A stretch of DNA of 59,657 nt, the filler included. It is 9 parts of 9 records of this genome, joined end to end, with 100 filler letters (N's around TTAATTAATTAA, not from the genome) between each part and the next. Parts side by side here need not be neighbours in the genome. Positions count along the whole stretch, not along the records: positions 1 to 5,600 come from SRR31156797_78359; positions 5,701 to 14,380 come from SRR31156797_78384; 7 more parts are not named here. One strand, 5' to 3'. Below, one piece after another: positions 1 through 10,526 of this stretch (its first letter is position 1; each line of letters starts with the position of its first letter). A program made the position numbers and the translations under genes. The notes under the pieces are model-generated. The model did no database searches, had not been told where the DNA came from, and saw nothing but the letters and a program-made list of their open reading frames with translations.

Positions 1-391
1 TGAGAACCGGGCCCTGGTATACATGGGCCATGGTAATGAATTTTATTCCAGTGGAGCGTACGTCGAACTGCAGGCTCGCATGCGCCGGGCCTGGCCGGGA
101 TTGCCCGTCTTTGTGGGCGTGGTGGAAGGCTTTCCCGGTTTGGATGTTGTGCTGGCCGGGCTTGGGCATATAAAGGCCAAAAAAGTTTTGCTCGTTCCCC
201 TGTTATTGGTCGCCGGACATCATGCGGTTGAAGATATGGCTGGGCAAGAGGAAGAATCCTGGAGATCAATAATGGAAATTGAAGGTTATGGTGTAGAAAG
301 CATGGTCAGGGGACTTGGGGAGCTCGATTCCTGGGCTGATATTTACATCCGGCATATCAGGGAGGCAATGGATGACCATGGGATCGTCTGA
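1..391 (+). CDS. cbiK: Sirohydrochlorin cobaltochelatase CbiK, C-terminal part (5'-truncated)
   Basis: Frame open from base 2 (ENRALVYMGHGN); motifs MGHG, GxVEGFP, VPLLLVAGHHAVEDMAG...SW; first gene of a cbi operon. Confidence 0.85.
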   Translation, partial: ENRALVYMGHGNEFYSSGAYVELQARMRRAWPGLPVFVGVVEGFPGLDVVLAGLGHIKAKKVLLVPLLLVAGHHAVEDMAGQEEESWRSIMEIEGYGVESMVRGLGELDSWADIYIRHIREAMDDHGIV

Positions 392-1772
392 CAAGCAGGT
401 GCGGGGTCTTGTCGTAGCCGGGACGCAAAGCGGAACCGGAAAGACCAGCGTTTCGCTCGCCCTGATGGCGGCTCTGAAGCGCAAAGGGCTGATTGTGCAA
501 GCTTTCAAGGTCGGGCCGGATTACATAGATCCGGGGCACCACGCCCGGGTTACGGGCAGGCCTTCCCATAACCTGGACGGCTGGATGCTTTCTCGCGAGG
601 AGAATATCGCCATTTTCAACAGGTATGCGGCCGGGGCCGATATTGTCATTGTTGAAGGGGTCATGGGGCTTTACGACGGTTTCGAAGCTTCCGGAGAAAA
701 GGGATCGACAGCCGAAATAGCCAAGTGGCTGAATCTTCCGGTGTTGCTGTGCGTGGACGCCAGGGCCATGGCCCGCAGCATAGCCGCCGTAGCCGGAGGA
801 TTCGTGCATTTTGACGAGGGATTAGCCTGGGCCGGACTGACGGCAAACCGGGTGGGCAGCCCCAGCCACACTGAAATATTGGCCGAAGCCATGGAAGCTG
901 TTCCGGGTATAAACTTTATAGGCGGGCTTGTAAGGTCGGCCCAGATCAGCATGCCGGAAAGGCATTTGGGGCTGGTGACGGCCGAAGATAATCCCTGGGA
1001 TGAAGAACGCCTGGATTTAATGGCGGACTGGCTGGAAAGCTGTATAAATGTTAACGGATTGATAGGCGGCTTGCCCTATGTGAACATTCAGCCGCACGAC
1101 CTTGAGACGCGGTCGGATGGTGATGAACCGGTTAAAATCGGCGTGGCCCGTGACAAGGCTTTTTGCTTTTATTACCAGGAAAACTTGAGAAGACTGGAAG
1201 AGGCCGGCGCCGAGCTGGTGTTTTTTTCTCCAGTTTGGGACAAGGATTTAACAGACGGCCTTTCCGGTTTGTACATCGGAGGGGGATACCCCGAGCTTTA
1301 CGCCCGGCGGTTGTCTGAAAACAAATCAATGCTCGAAGCGATACACTACTTTGGATTGGCCGGCAAACCCGTGTATGCGGAATGCGGCGGCCTCATGTAT
1401 TTAAGCCGCAGCCTGGAAGATCTGGAAGGACGCGTATGGCCCATGGCCGGCTTGTTGCCGATTACGGTAAAAATGTCGACCCGGTTGAGGTCGCTTGGTT
1501 ATCGGCATGTTGTCACGCTTGAATATACGCCTTTGGGGCCGGCGGGCATTGAAGCCCGCGGTCATGAATTTCATTATTCGGATATTGTTAATGTTGAAGA
1601 AAAAGGTGATATTAAGAGTATGTACCGTGTATCAGGCAGAAGGCTCAGCAAGGACAGGGAATACGGGTATATGGCCGGTAATGTCCTGGCCAGTTATATA
1701 CACCTGCATTTCGGCAGCAATCCCGAATTGGCCCGCGGATTTGTGAATTCGTGCCGCGGCGTGGAAGAATGA
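372..1772 (+). CDS. cbiA: Cobyrinate a,c-diamide synthase
   Basis: SGTGKT P-loop, FKVGPDYIDP, EGVMGLYDG, ERHLGL, glutaminase motifs AECGG and GHEFHYS; ATG 372 after GGAGG (361-365), start approximate. Confidence 0.93.
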   Translation: MTMGSSDKQVRGLVVAGTQSGTGKTSVSLALMAALKRKGLIVQAFKVGPDYIDPGHHARVTGRPSHNLDGWMLSREENIAIFNRYAAGADIVIVEGVMGLYDGFEASGEKGSTAEIAKWLNLPVLLCVDARAMARSIAAVAGGFVHFDEGLAWAGLTANRVGSPSHTEILAEAMEAVPGINFIGGLVRSAQISMPERHLGLVTAEDNPWDEERLDLMADWLESCINVNGLIGGLPYVNIQPHDLETRSDGDEPVKIGVARDKAFCFYYQENLRRLEEAGAELVFFSPVWDKDLTDGLSGLYIGGGYPELYARRLSENKSMLEAIHYFGLAGKPVYAECGGLMYLSRSLEDLEGRVWPMAGLLPITVKMSTRLRSLGYRHVVTLEYTPLGPAGIEARGHEFHYSDIVNVEEKGDIKSMYRVSGRRLSKDREYGYMAGNVLASYIHLHFGSNPELARGFVNSCRGVEE

Positions 1773-2419
1773 GAGATAATATGACCGAATGGAACCTGGC
1801 GCCTGGAGAAATCGAGCGCAGGAGTTTTGAAATAATAGATGAAGAAGCGTCCGAGCATAAATGGCCGGTTGCTGAATGGTCCATAATAAGAAGGATGATT
1901 CACACGAGTGCGGATTTTGAATATGTGGAATCGGCCAGATTCCATCCCGAAGCGGTCGGGATCGGGATGGAAGCTTTAAAAAGGGGAAAAATTATAATTA
2001 CCGACACGCGCATGGCCTTGTCCGGCATATCATCAAAAAAAATCGCCCCATACGGCGTGGAGGTTCAATGCCTGATCGATCATGAATACGTGGTCAAGCA
2101 CGCCTCGGAAACAGGGACGACCAGGGCTGTCGCGGCCGTGGATGCGGCCCTGGAAAAATATGACATCGGCATTTACGTTGTCGGCAATGCGCCGACCGCC
2201 TTGTTCCGGCTCTTGGAAAAAACCGCGGCCGGCGAAAAGGCGCCCGATTTGGTTGTCGGGCTTCCGGTGGGTTTTGTCAATGCCGCCGAATCCAAGGCGG
2301 CATTGCTTGAAAGCCCCCTGACTTACATAACAAATGTCGGCCGCAAGGGAGGTTCCAATATCGCGGCCAGTGTAATAAACGCCCTGGTTGGATTGTGCAG
2401 GGAGAATGAAGGAGATTAA
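1769..2419 (+). CDS. cbiC: Cobalt-precorrin-8 methylmutase (CbiC/CobH)
   Basis: EIERRSFEII, RRMIHTSADF, GNAPTAL, PVGFVNAAESK, GRKGGS; ATGA overlap with the cbiA stop. Confidence 0.93.
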   Translation: MRDNMTEWNLAPGEIERRSFEIIDEEASEHKWPVAEWSIIRRMIHTSADFEYVESARFHPEAVGIGMEALKRGKIIITDTRMALSGISSKKIAPYGVEVQCLIDHEYVVKHASETGTTRAVAAVDAALEKYDIGIYVVGNAPTALFRLLEKTAAGEKAPDLVVGLPVGFVNAAESKAALLESPLTYITNVGRKGGSNIAASVINALVGLCRENEGD

Positions 2420-2657
2420 ATCCAATAACCAGCAGTCGCCGAGGGGCTCGTGCGTTTTGAAAAGCGACCCGGCGGTTGCGGCCGCCGTTTTGATTAATGG
2501 AAGTTTATACCCCTCCCATGACGGCGCCCGGCCTTACAATGCTCTCCGGACCGAATTACACAGCTTCCCCCTATCAATGACGGAAAAGAGCCGGTTAACT
2601 AAAAAAGCTGTATTATTGATACGATGAAGGTGTCGTTTATCAGCAATAGGATCGGAA

Positions 2658-3761
2658 TTGTCGAGAAGAAAACTAAAAACAGGTTTTTCCACCGGAACCG
2701 CGGCCGCAGCCGCGGCCAAGGCCGCCCTGGAAATGCTGTTGACCGGTAAAAAGCCGGAATCGGTTCAAATAAGCCTTCCCCAGGGCGGTCACATTGTCAT
2801 ACCCGTAAGCAATGCGCTTGTTCATGGAAAAGGCGTTGCCGAAGCATCGGTGATAAAAGATGCGGGCGACGATCCCGATGTGACCAACAAGGCGGTCATC
2901 AGCGCCGGAATAAGCATAAACGGCTTAAGCCATGATTCGGAAGAAATAATAATAGAAAGCGGTCCGGGCGTAGGCCGCGTCACCCGCCCCGGTCTGCCCG
3001 TTGCAGTCGGTGAACCGGCCATAAATCCCGTACCCAGGGACATGATCCGAAAAAGTCTGCGCCAGGCCTGGGCCGCTGATTCTCCCGGTAGAGGAGCATT
3101 GAACGTCAGGGTGGTCATATCGGTAAAAGACGGCGAAAAGATGGCCAAGAAAACGCTCAATCCCAGGCTGGGCATTGTAGGCGGCATCTCCATACTCGGT
3201 ACTTCCGGCCTGGTTAAGCCCTTTTCCCATGAAGCATATACTTCCACCATCGAAAGCGCCTTGAACGTGGCCGCGGCCGAAGGGCTGAAAGAAGTGATTT
3301 TGACCACTGGAGGGAAAAGTGAAAAATACGCCGTCAAAATGAGGCCGGAATTACCCGAGACGGCCTTTATTCAAATCGCCGATTATTATGGATACGCCCT
3401 TGGCGAGGTTAAAAAACGACCGATTGAAAGCGTCGGCCTGGTTTCTTTTTTCGGCAAGGCGGTGAAACAGGCCCAGGGTCTGGTGTATACTCATGCTCAC
3501 AAAGCGCCTCTCGACCTGGCCCGCCTTTCGGGCTGGCTCAGGCAAGCCGGAGCAGCCGATGGTCTTTGCCGTGAAGTTGAACAGGCCAACACCGCCCGGC
3601 AGGCGCTGGAGTTAATCAGGCAAACGGATTCACTTGAACTGGTTTCCGTTGTCGGGGAAAGAATGCTTGTGTCTGCCCGTGGATTTATCGGCCCTGAAAA
3701 GAAAATCCGGGTCGATATAATCGATTATGACGGGACATTGTTGTATAAAGGACAAGCCTGA
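2658..3761 (+). CDS. cbiD: Cobalt-precorrin-5B C1-methyltransferase
   Basis: GFSTGTAAAAAAKAA, KDAGDDPDVT, AINPVPR, TLNPRLGIVGGISILGT. Confidence 0.95.
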   Translation: MSRRKLKTGFSTGTAAAAAAKAALEMLLTGKKPESVQISLPQGGHIVIPVSNALVHGKGVAEASVIKDAGDDPDVTNKAVISAGISINGLSHDSEEIIIESGPGVGRVTRPGLPVAVGEPAINPVPRDMIRKSLRQAWAADSPGRGALNVRVVISVKDGEKMAKKTLNPRLGIVGGISILGTSGLVKPFSHEAYTSTIESALNVAAAEGLKEVILTTGGKSEKYAVKMRPELPETAFIQIADYYGYALGEVKKRPIESVGLVSFFGKAVKQAQGLVYTHAHKAPLDLARLSGWLRQAGAADGLCREVEQANTARQALELIRQTDSLELVSVVGERMLVSARGFIGPEKKIRVDIIDYDGTLLYKGQA

Positions 3762-4975
3762 TGAAAAAGATGTTAAAAACGATCCATATTGTCGGCGTTG
3801 GGCTTGGCCTTCAGTACCTTGGACCCGCTTCGCAAAAAATCGTGCAGAATGCCGATGTTTTGGCCGGCGGCGGGCGACTGCTTGATTACTTTGCCGAACA
3901 TACGGGGCGAAAGTTGAAGCTGACCGCGAAAGTTGATGAATGGCTGGAAGAAGTCGCGGAAGCCGCTGTGGATGAAAGGGTGGTGGCGCTTGCCTCCGGC
4001 GATCCGAATTTTTACGGCATTGCCGCCAGGCTGATTGAAAGGGTCGGACAGGAAAACGTTCGCATCCACCCGAATGTAACCGCCGTGCAGGCCGCTTTTG
4101 CGCGTCTTAAGGAATCATGGGCAGGCGTGGCCGTGGTCAGTCTTCACGGGCGCGACCAGGAAGCTCTTTTTTCAGCTATCCGTGAAAACGACCGTGTGGC
4201 GGTATTTACCGATCCGACAAACACCCCGGTCAGGATCGCCGAACTGTTGATGGAAAGAGGCCAGATTGGCTGGCGAATGTGCGTCCTGGAAAATCTTGGC
4301 TCCAATGATTCCAAGGTCAGTTTTTTCCGGTTGCACGAAGCCGCCGGGCGGCGGTTTGACGACCTGAATATTGTTGTTTTATGGCGCAAGGATGAACCCG
4401 CGGTTTTGACACTGGGCACTCCGGATGATGAATTTGTTCATGAGGCGGGATTGATCACCAAGGCCGAAGTCAGAGCCGTTGCCCTGGCGCGACTTTCTTT
4501 ATCCAGGGGAATGGTTTTGTGGGACCTGGGGGCGGGATGCGGATCTGTTGGATTGGAAGCCGGATTGCTCATGCCCGGCGGCCGCATAATCGCTGTGGAA
4601 AAATCTCCGGAGCGGGTCAGGCAGATCGAGGAAAACAGGGTCAAGTTCGGCGCGGCCAACATGGAAATCGTATCCGGAGAACTGCCCGGAGTAATGGAAT
4701 GGCTGCCGGATCCGGATCGTATATTCATTGGCGGCGGCGGTCCGGCGCTGGGTGAAATTATTAAAAAAGGATACGAATGCCTACCTACCGGCGGCGTAAT
4801 GGTTGCTTCCGCCGTTAAACTTGACAGCGTTGAACTGGCCAGGGAAACCATGACCTCCAAAGGCCTGGATGTCGAAATATGCCAGGTCCAGATAAGCAGG
4901 GGCAAGCCGCTCGGCGGCGACCATTATCTCAAGGCCCTGAACCCGGTCTGGCTTGTTCGCGGTGCAAAGACATAG
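3761..4975 (+). CDS. cbiET: Fused precorrin-6Y C5,15-methyltransferase (decarboxylating) CbiE/CbiT
   Basis: CbiE part VLASGDPNFYGI, SLHGR; CbiT part ITKAEVRA, WDLGAGCGSVG, PDRIFIGG. Confidence 0.92.
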   Translation: MKKMLKTIHIVGVGLGLQYLGPASQKIVQNADVLAGGGRLLDYFAEHTGRKLKLTAKVDEWLEEVAEAAVDERVVALASGDPNFYGIAARLIERVGQENVRIHPNVTAVQAAFARLKESWAGVAVVSLHGRDQEALFSAIRENDRVAVFTDPTNTPVRIAELLMERGQIGWRMCVLENLGSNDSKVSFFRLHEAAGRRFDDLNIVVLWRKDEPAVLTLGTPDDEFVHEAGLITKAEVRAVALARLSLSRGMVLWDLGAGCGSVGLEAGLLMPGGRIIAVEKSPERVRQIEENRVKFGAANMEIVSGELPGVMEWLPDPDRIFIGGGGPALGEIIKKGYECLPTGGVMVASAVKLDSVELARETMTSKGLDVEICQVQISRGKPLGGDHYLKALNPVWLVRGAKT

Positions 4976-4991
4976 ATAAAGAGGACTGAAA

Positions 4992-5600
4992 TTGGTTGAA
5001 GCGAATAAACATCCCATACTTTTTGTCGGCGCCGGGCCGGGCGACCCGGAACTGATAACGGTGAAAGGCCGCAAGGCCCTTGAAAAAGCCGATCTTGTCG
5101 TTTACGCCGGATCCCTGGTCAGCCGGGATATGCTGACCTGGACAAGAGACGATGCGGAATGTATTGATTCCGCGGGCCTGAATCTTGATGAAATTGTCGG
5201 CCTCATGGTTGATTCATATGAAAAGGGGCAAAAAGTCGTCAGGCTTCATACCGGCGACCCCAGTCTTTATGGCGCCGTAAGGGAGCAGTTTAAGGCCCTG
5301 GAAGAAAAAGGCGCGCCTTACCAAATGATTCCCGGGGTTACGGCCGCTTTTGCCGCTGCATCCACTTTGGGCCTGGAGTATACATTGCCGGAAGTCTGCC
5401 AGACGCTGATCCTGACCCGCATTGCCGGGCGGACGCCCGTACCTGAAGAAGAGAATCTGGCCGGGTTGGCAAGTCATAAAGCCAGCCTGGCCGTGTATTT
5501 ATCCGCGGGAAAGGCCGCGGAAGTTGCCGAAGCTTTAGGGCCGGCCTATGGGTGGGATTCCCCTTTGGCGGTTGTTTACCGGGCTTCCTGGCCTGATGAA
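4992..5600 (+). CDS. cbiF: Precorrin-4 C11-methyltransferase (CbiF/CobM), 3'-truncated
   Basis: FVGAGPGDPELITVKG, YAGSLV, RLHTGDPSLYGA, YRASWPDE; runs into linker. Confidence 0.93.
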
Positions 5601-5700
5601 NNNNNNNNNNNNNNNNNNNNNNNNNNNNNNNNNNNNNNNNNNNNTTAATTAATTAANNNNNNNNNNNNNNNNNNNNNNNNNNNNNNNNNNNNNNNNNNNN
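5601..5700. other. Artificial contig linker
   Basis: 44 N + TTAATTAATTAA (stops in all six frames) + 44 N; abrupt change in composition and gene content. Confidence 0.98.
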
Positions 5701-6794
5701 TGGACGCCGAATCGGTGGCCTGGCTGGAGCGCTTCCTGCAGGACTACGAAGGTATGGTCATGGTGGTTACCCATGATCGCTACTTCCTTGACAACGTCAC
5801 CGGCTGGATTCTGGAGCTCGACCGCGGCCGCGGCATTCCCTACGAGGGCAACTATTCGTCCTGGCTCGAACAGAAGCAGGTCCGCCTGGCCCAGGAGGAA
5901 CGCCAGGAAAGCGCCCGTCAGCGCACCCTGGCCCACGAACTGGAATGGATCCGGTCATCCCCGCGGGCCCGCCAGACCAAAAGCAGGGCCCGCATCACGG
6001 CCTATGACGACCTGCTGGCCGAGGCCAAGGAACGGCGCATGGACGATGCCCAGATCGTCATTCCGCCGGGGCCGCGCCTGGGCGATCTGGTCATCGAGGC
6101 CAAGGGCCTGAACAAGGCGTTCGGCGACAAGTTTCTGATCGAGAACCTCGATTTCAAGCTGCCGCCGGGCGGCATCGTCGGCATCATCGGGCCGAACGGC
6201 GCCGGCAAGACAACGCTGTTTCGCATGATCACCGGCCAAGAAGAACCCGACGCCGGGGATTTGCGCATCGGCGACACGGTCGTGCTCGGCTATGTCGATC
6301 AATCGCGCGATTCGCTCGATTCGGCAAAAACCGTGTGGGAGGAAATCAGCGACGGCCTCGATGAGATCGAATTGGGCAAGCGGAAAATGCAAAGCCGCGC
6401 CTATGTCGGCCAGTTCAATTTCCGCGGACCTGACCAGCAAAAAAAGGTCGGCCAGCTTTCCGGCGGCGAACGCAACCGGGTGCATCTGGCGAAGATGCTG
6501 AAATCGGGCGTCAACGTGCTGCTGCTCGACGAACCGACCAACGACCTCGACGTCGAAACCCTGCGGGCGCTGGAACAGGGGCTGGCCGAGTTCGCCGGCT
6601 GCGCCGTCATCATCAGCCACGATCGCTGGTTCCTGGATCGCATCGCCACCCATATCCTGGCCTTCGAGGGCGACAGCCATGTCGAATGGTTCGAGGGCAA
6701 TTACGCCGACTACGAGGCCGACCGCAAGCGCCGCCTGGGCGCCGACGCCGATCAGCCGCACCGCATCAAATACAAGGCCCTGACGCGGGGTTAG
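5701..6794 (+). CDS. ettA: ABC-F protein, energy-dependent translational throttle EttA (5'-truncated)
   Basis: [48 protein letters not shown]-terminal PHRIKYK. Confidence 0.93.
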
Positions 6795-7134
6795 CTGGGG
6801 CCTCGGCCGCCGGCTCGGCCGCACCCGGTTCCATCGACGCCGCCAATTCCGTCCGCCGCGACGACTCCGTTCAAACGCAGGATCGGAAGCGCGGTCCCCG
6901 TTTCGTTACCATGCCGGCCCCGTTCCATTGCCATGCCGGCAAGGTGCAATTTCAAAGGGTGTTCGCCCCGGTCATTCGACAAAGACGGATCGATATCTCA
7001 TAGAATGAAACGACGAGAGTCGACAATACGCACTCTGTCAAAATTTGGTCTGGAATTTCGCATGTAAAATACGTAACCTTGTTAAGAACAAAAATAGGGG
7101 TGGTCATAAATCCGATCAACATGGGGAGTATCAA

Positions 7135-8172
7135 ATGATGACAGAAATAAAACGCATTTGGCCCACGGTTTCGGCCGCGAGCGCGGTGCTTGCAAAAACG
7201 ACGTTGGTCCTGACGGCGGCGGTCATGGCGTTCTCGGTTGCCTCCACGACGGTGCAAGCGCAGGACAAGTTCGTTCTGAAGTTCAACCATGTGCTCGGTC
7301 CGAAGGAACCGTACCACAGGGGCTTCATGAACTGGGCGAAGGCGGTTGAAGAAAAAACCAATGGCGGCCTGAAGATCGAGGTCTTCCACAGCGCCCAGTT
7401 GGGTGTCGAAGAAGACATCATCGAACAGATCCGCCAGGGCGCCAACATCGGGCAGAACACCGACTCGGCCCGGATGGGCAACTACGTGCCCGGCATTGCC
7501 ATCATGAACGGTCCGTATTTCGCCGAAACCCTCGACGAAGTGGCGAAACTGCGCGCATCGCCGACGGTCAAGAAATGGCTCGACGAGTTGGCCACCAAAT
7601 ACGGCCTGAAGGTCGTGTCGTTCAACTGGGTTCAGGGATATCGGCACTTCTTCACCAACAAGCCGATCCGGAAACCGGAAGACCTCAAGGGCCTGCGCAT
7701 CCGGACTCCTCCCGCACCGATCTGGCAGGAATCGATCCGGGCGTTGGGCGCCGAGCCGGTCGCCATGGCGTTCACCGACATCTATCCGGGCCTGCAGCAG
7801 AAAGCGGTCGACGGGGCCGAACTGGTCTACAACAACATCCCCGCCAAGCGTCTGTGGGAAGTTCTGGAATACGGAAGCGCGACCGGGCACATCATGCTGA
7901 TCAATTTCCAGGTGATCAGCGCCAAGTTCTTCGACAGCCTTCCGGCCGACTACCAGAGGATCCTGCTTGAGGAATGCGACAAGGCCGGTCAGGCAATCTC
8001 CGAAGAGATTCTCGCGAAAGAAATGGTGGTCAAGGAAGAGCTCAAGAAAAAGGGCATGACCATCGTCGAGGACATCGATCTCGCGGCGTTCCGCGAAGCC
8101 GGCAAGAATGCCTACAAGGTCCTGAACATCATGGATGCGTACAGCGCCGTGAGTAAGGAAATCGGCAAGTAA
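7135..8172 (+). CDS. dctP: TRAP transporter substrate-binding protein (DctP family)
   Basis: Signal peptide, QLGxEEDIIEQIR, GYRHFFTNKPIRKPEDLKGLRIRT, AVDGAE; GGGGAG RBS; upstream of small and large permeases. Confidence 0.92.
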   Translation: MMTEIKRIWPTVSAASAVLAKTTLVLTAAVMAFSVASTTVQAQDKFVLKFNHVLGPKEPYHRGFMNWAKAVEEKTNGGLKIEVFHSAQLGVEEDIIEQIRQGANIGQNTDSARMGNYVPGIAIMNGPYFAETLDEVAKLRASPTVKKWLDELATKYGLKVVSFNWVQGYRHFFTNKPIRKPEDLKGLRIRTPPAPIWQESIRALGAEPVAMAFTDIYPGLQQKAVDGAELVYNNIPAKRLWEVLEYGSATGHIMLINFQVISAKFFDSLPADYQRILLEECDKAGQAISEEILAKEMVVKEELKKKGMTIVEDIDLAAFREAGKNAYKVLNIMDAYSAVSKEIGK

Positions 8173-8199
8173 TAAGGGTATTACAGTCCACTAGCCTGG

Positions 8200-8250
8200 C
8201 GCACAAACCGACCCTCCCGGATATGGGGCCGGTTTGTGCGTCGCCTTTTT
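8200..8250 (+). terminator. Stem-loop after dctP (stabiliser or partial terminator)
   Basis: CGCACAAACCG (8200-8210) pairs with CGGTTTGTGCG (8230-8240); short T run a few bases later. Confidence 0.5.
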
Positions 8251-8566
8251 CGGGAAGGGGCGTCCGGGCCGATCGGAGACCTTCGCCGGCCGGGAAGCCG
8301 GGACCGTCCTGAAAAAGTCGGATGTGAAAAGCCGCCCCTGGTGTGTGTTTTTACCGGGGGAGTCTTGCCGGTTTTCAAAATTTGATTTGGTATCGGGTCG
8401 CATTCGGCCACATTCTTGGCCTCGGCCGGTATCCCGGAACGCTCGAACGAGCTGATTCCGGCCACTTCTCCGGCGGTATCGCTGCTGTCGTATCGGCGCA
8501 GCCTCCGGTGATCGGTACGGTGCCGCCGTTCCGGAACTCAGACACGAAGCAACGAGAGCGTGGAAG

Positions 8567-9043
8567 ATGAAAAAGTTTTACGAGAATATATGCTTTGCCG
8601 AAGTATTGATTGCCCAGTTCTTCATGATCGTGATGGTCGTTTTGATCTTCGCCGCGGGCATTGCCAGGCTCATCGGCCATCCCATCAACTGGTCCATCGA
8701 TATCGCCACCTGCATCTTTGCCTGGGCCTGTTTTCTCAGTGCCGACGTCGCCTGGCGCAAGGGCAAGCTGATGTCGGTCGACGTGATTACGAAGCAATTG
8801 TCGGAAAAGGGACAACGGCTTTTCAGGATGGTGAACTACGCCATCGTCGTGCTTTTCCTGCTTTACATCATTCCCATCGGAACCTGGCTTTCCTGGGTCA
8901 GCCGCGAACGCAGCTTCCAGGGCATTCCCGAGTTCAGCTACTCCTGGGTCACCATGAGCATGCCGGTTTGCGGGGTTTTGCTGCTGATCACAACGATCCT
9001 CAAGATGAGGGCGGAACTGAAACAGGGTCTGATCCAGGCCTAA
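8567..9043 (+). CDS. dctQ: TRAP transporter small permease
   Basis: 158 aa, four hydrophobic segments, PINWSIDIA; between dctP and dctM. Confidence 0.88.
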   Translation: MKKFYENICFAEVLIAQFFMIVMVVLIFAAGIARLIGHPINWSIDIATCIFAWACFLSADVAWRKGKLMSVDVITKQLSEKGQRLFRMVNYAIVVLFLLYIIPIGTWLSWVSRERSFQGIPEFSYSWVTMSMPVCGVLLLITTILKMRAELKQGLIQA

Positions 9044-9095
9044 CGGAACGACCGGCGGCCATCGGCGCGATGGCCGCGATCGAGGAGACCAGAAG

Positions 9096-10382
9096 ATGTT
9101 ATTGGTGTTTGTTTCTTTTGTCGTTCTGCTGCTGATCGGAATGCCGGTCGCTTTTGCGATCGCCATCTCGGGGGCATTGTTCTTTACGCAAACCCCGACC
9201 CTGCCCGCGACCATACCGGTCCAGCTGGCATTGTCCCAGACTCAGAACTTTGCCCTGTTGGCGATTCCGCTGTTCATCATTTCCGGCAATTTCATGAATC
9301 ACGCCGGGATCACCAAAAGGCTGTTGCGCCTGTCGACGGTTCTTACCGGGCATATGCGCGGCGGCCTCGCGCAGGTGTCCGTCGCGATGGCCACGTTCAT
9401 GGGGGGTGTCTCCGGTTCGGCAATCGCCGATGCCGCCATGCAAACCCGGATTCTCGGCAGCGAGATGATCAATAGGGGGTTCTCGAAGGGGTATTCCGCA
9501 AGCGTCCTGTCCTACGGATCCCTGATCACCCCGGTCATACCGCCGGGTATCGGGTTCATTCTCTACGGCACCGTCGGACAGGTTTCGATCGGTCGGCTGT
9601 TTGCCGGCGGCATTCTGCCCGGCTTCCTGATCTGGCTGACGCTGGCGACGACCATATCGTTTACCGCGAAAAGACGGGGCTATGCGGCGGAACGACAGGG
9701 CTGGCCGGAAGCGAAGGAAGTCGGCAGCGCGGTGCTCGGTGGCACCTGGGCGATCCTGTTCCCGATCATCCTGATCGGCGGCTTGCGGTTCGGTGTCTTC
9801 ACGCCGTCGGAAATCGGTTCCTTTGCCGTCATCTATGCGTTTCTTGTCGGCCTGCTCGCCTATCGCGAGCTCAAGGGAAAATCGATCAGGGAGGCGCTCG
9901 AAGGCAGCGTCACCGACGTCGGAGCCGTGATGTTCCTGATCGCCATGTCGGGGATCTTCGGTTACGGCATCGTCTGGGAACGGGTGCCGGAAGCGATTTC
10001 CGCCTCGATGCTGGGCCTTACCAGCAACGCCTACGCGGTCATGATGCTGATCGTCCTGTTCCTGATCGTCGCCGGCCTGTTTATCGACGGGACGGTCCTG
10101 ATCATCATGCTGACCCCGATATTTCTGCCGATCGCCCTGGAACTCGGTTTCGATCCGGTGCATTTCGGGGTCGTCTTCGTCATCGTCATCACCATCGGCA
10201 ACTTCACGCCGCCGGTGGGATCGGCCATGTACGCGGTCTGTTCGATCATCGACTGCTCCGTCAACGAATTCACCCGCGAGGCGATGCCGTTCCTGATCGC
10301 GGTGGTCGCCGTCAGTGCCTTGTTGATCTTCATTCCGGAAATCGTGCTGTTCATTCCGGACCTGATCTTCGGGCCCAGTTGA
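9096..10382 (+). CDS. dctM: TRAP transporter large permease
   Basis: 428 aa, LLAIPLF, GGVSGSAIADAA, IPPGI, FDPVHFG, TPPVG. Confidence 0.93.
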   Translation: MLLVFVSFVVLLLIGMPVAFAIAISGALFFTQTPTLPATIPVQLALSQTQNFALLAIPLFIISGNFMNHAGITKRLLRLSTVLTGHMRGGLAQVSVAMATFMGGVSGSAIADAAMQTRILGSEMINRGFSKGYSASVLSYGSLITPVIPPGIGFILYGTVGQVSIGRLFAGGILPGFLIWLTLATTISFTAKRRGYAAERQGWPEAKEVGSAVLGGTWAILFPIILIGGLRFGVFTPSEIGSFAVIYAFLVGLLAYRELKGKSIREALEGSVTDVGAVMFLIAMSGIFGYGIVWERVPEAISASMLGLTSNAYAVMMLIVLFLIVAGLFIDGTVLIIMLTPIFLPIALELGFDPVHFGVVFVIVITIGNFTPPVGSAMYAVCSIIDCSVNEFTREAMPFLIAVVAVSALLIFIPEIVLFIPDLIFGPS

Positions 10383-10526
10383 CGTAAGGAGGGTCACCAT
10401 GTCGGCAGGGGGGGCGTGCATCCATCGAACCGGTACAGCCCGCTTGTCAAATTCTTTCCTGGCCGGCTTCCAACTGGAGGTCGGGCAGGCTAGAAAATGG
10501 GCCCACAGGAAATCGAGGGAGCCGAC

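Noticed and set aside
205-240. CbiK motif reads AGHHA rather than the usual AGDHA
   Set aside because: Single substitution beside the retained His; not enough to claim altered function without an alignment.
2420-2657. 238-nt gap inside the cbi operon as a possible cobalamin riboswitch
   Set aside because: A modest stem (GCAGTCGCCG/CGGCGGTTGC) exists, but I find no B12-box or GGGAA/GCCACTG core motifs; the 79-aa ORF here has no recognisable features.
5645-5656. TTAATTAATTAA recurring eight times as a possible repeat family or CRISPR-like array
   Set aside because: Always centred in N runs of fixed length; an artificial six-frame-stop linker.
5955-7890. 289-aa and 312-aa minus-strand ORFs
   Set aside because: Antisense to ettA and dctP, which have clear family motifs.
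8251-8566. Long dctP-dctQ intergenic region as an sRNA or small gene
   Set aside because: Only weak GC-rich pairing and short motif-less ORFs; nothing supportable beyond the first hairpin.
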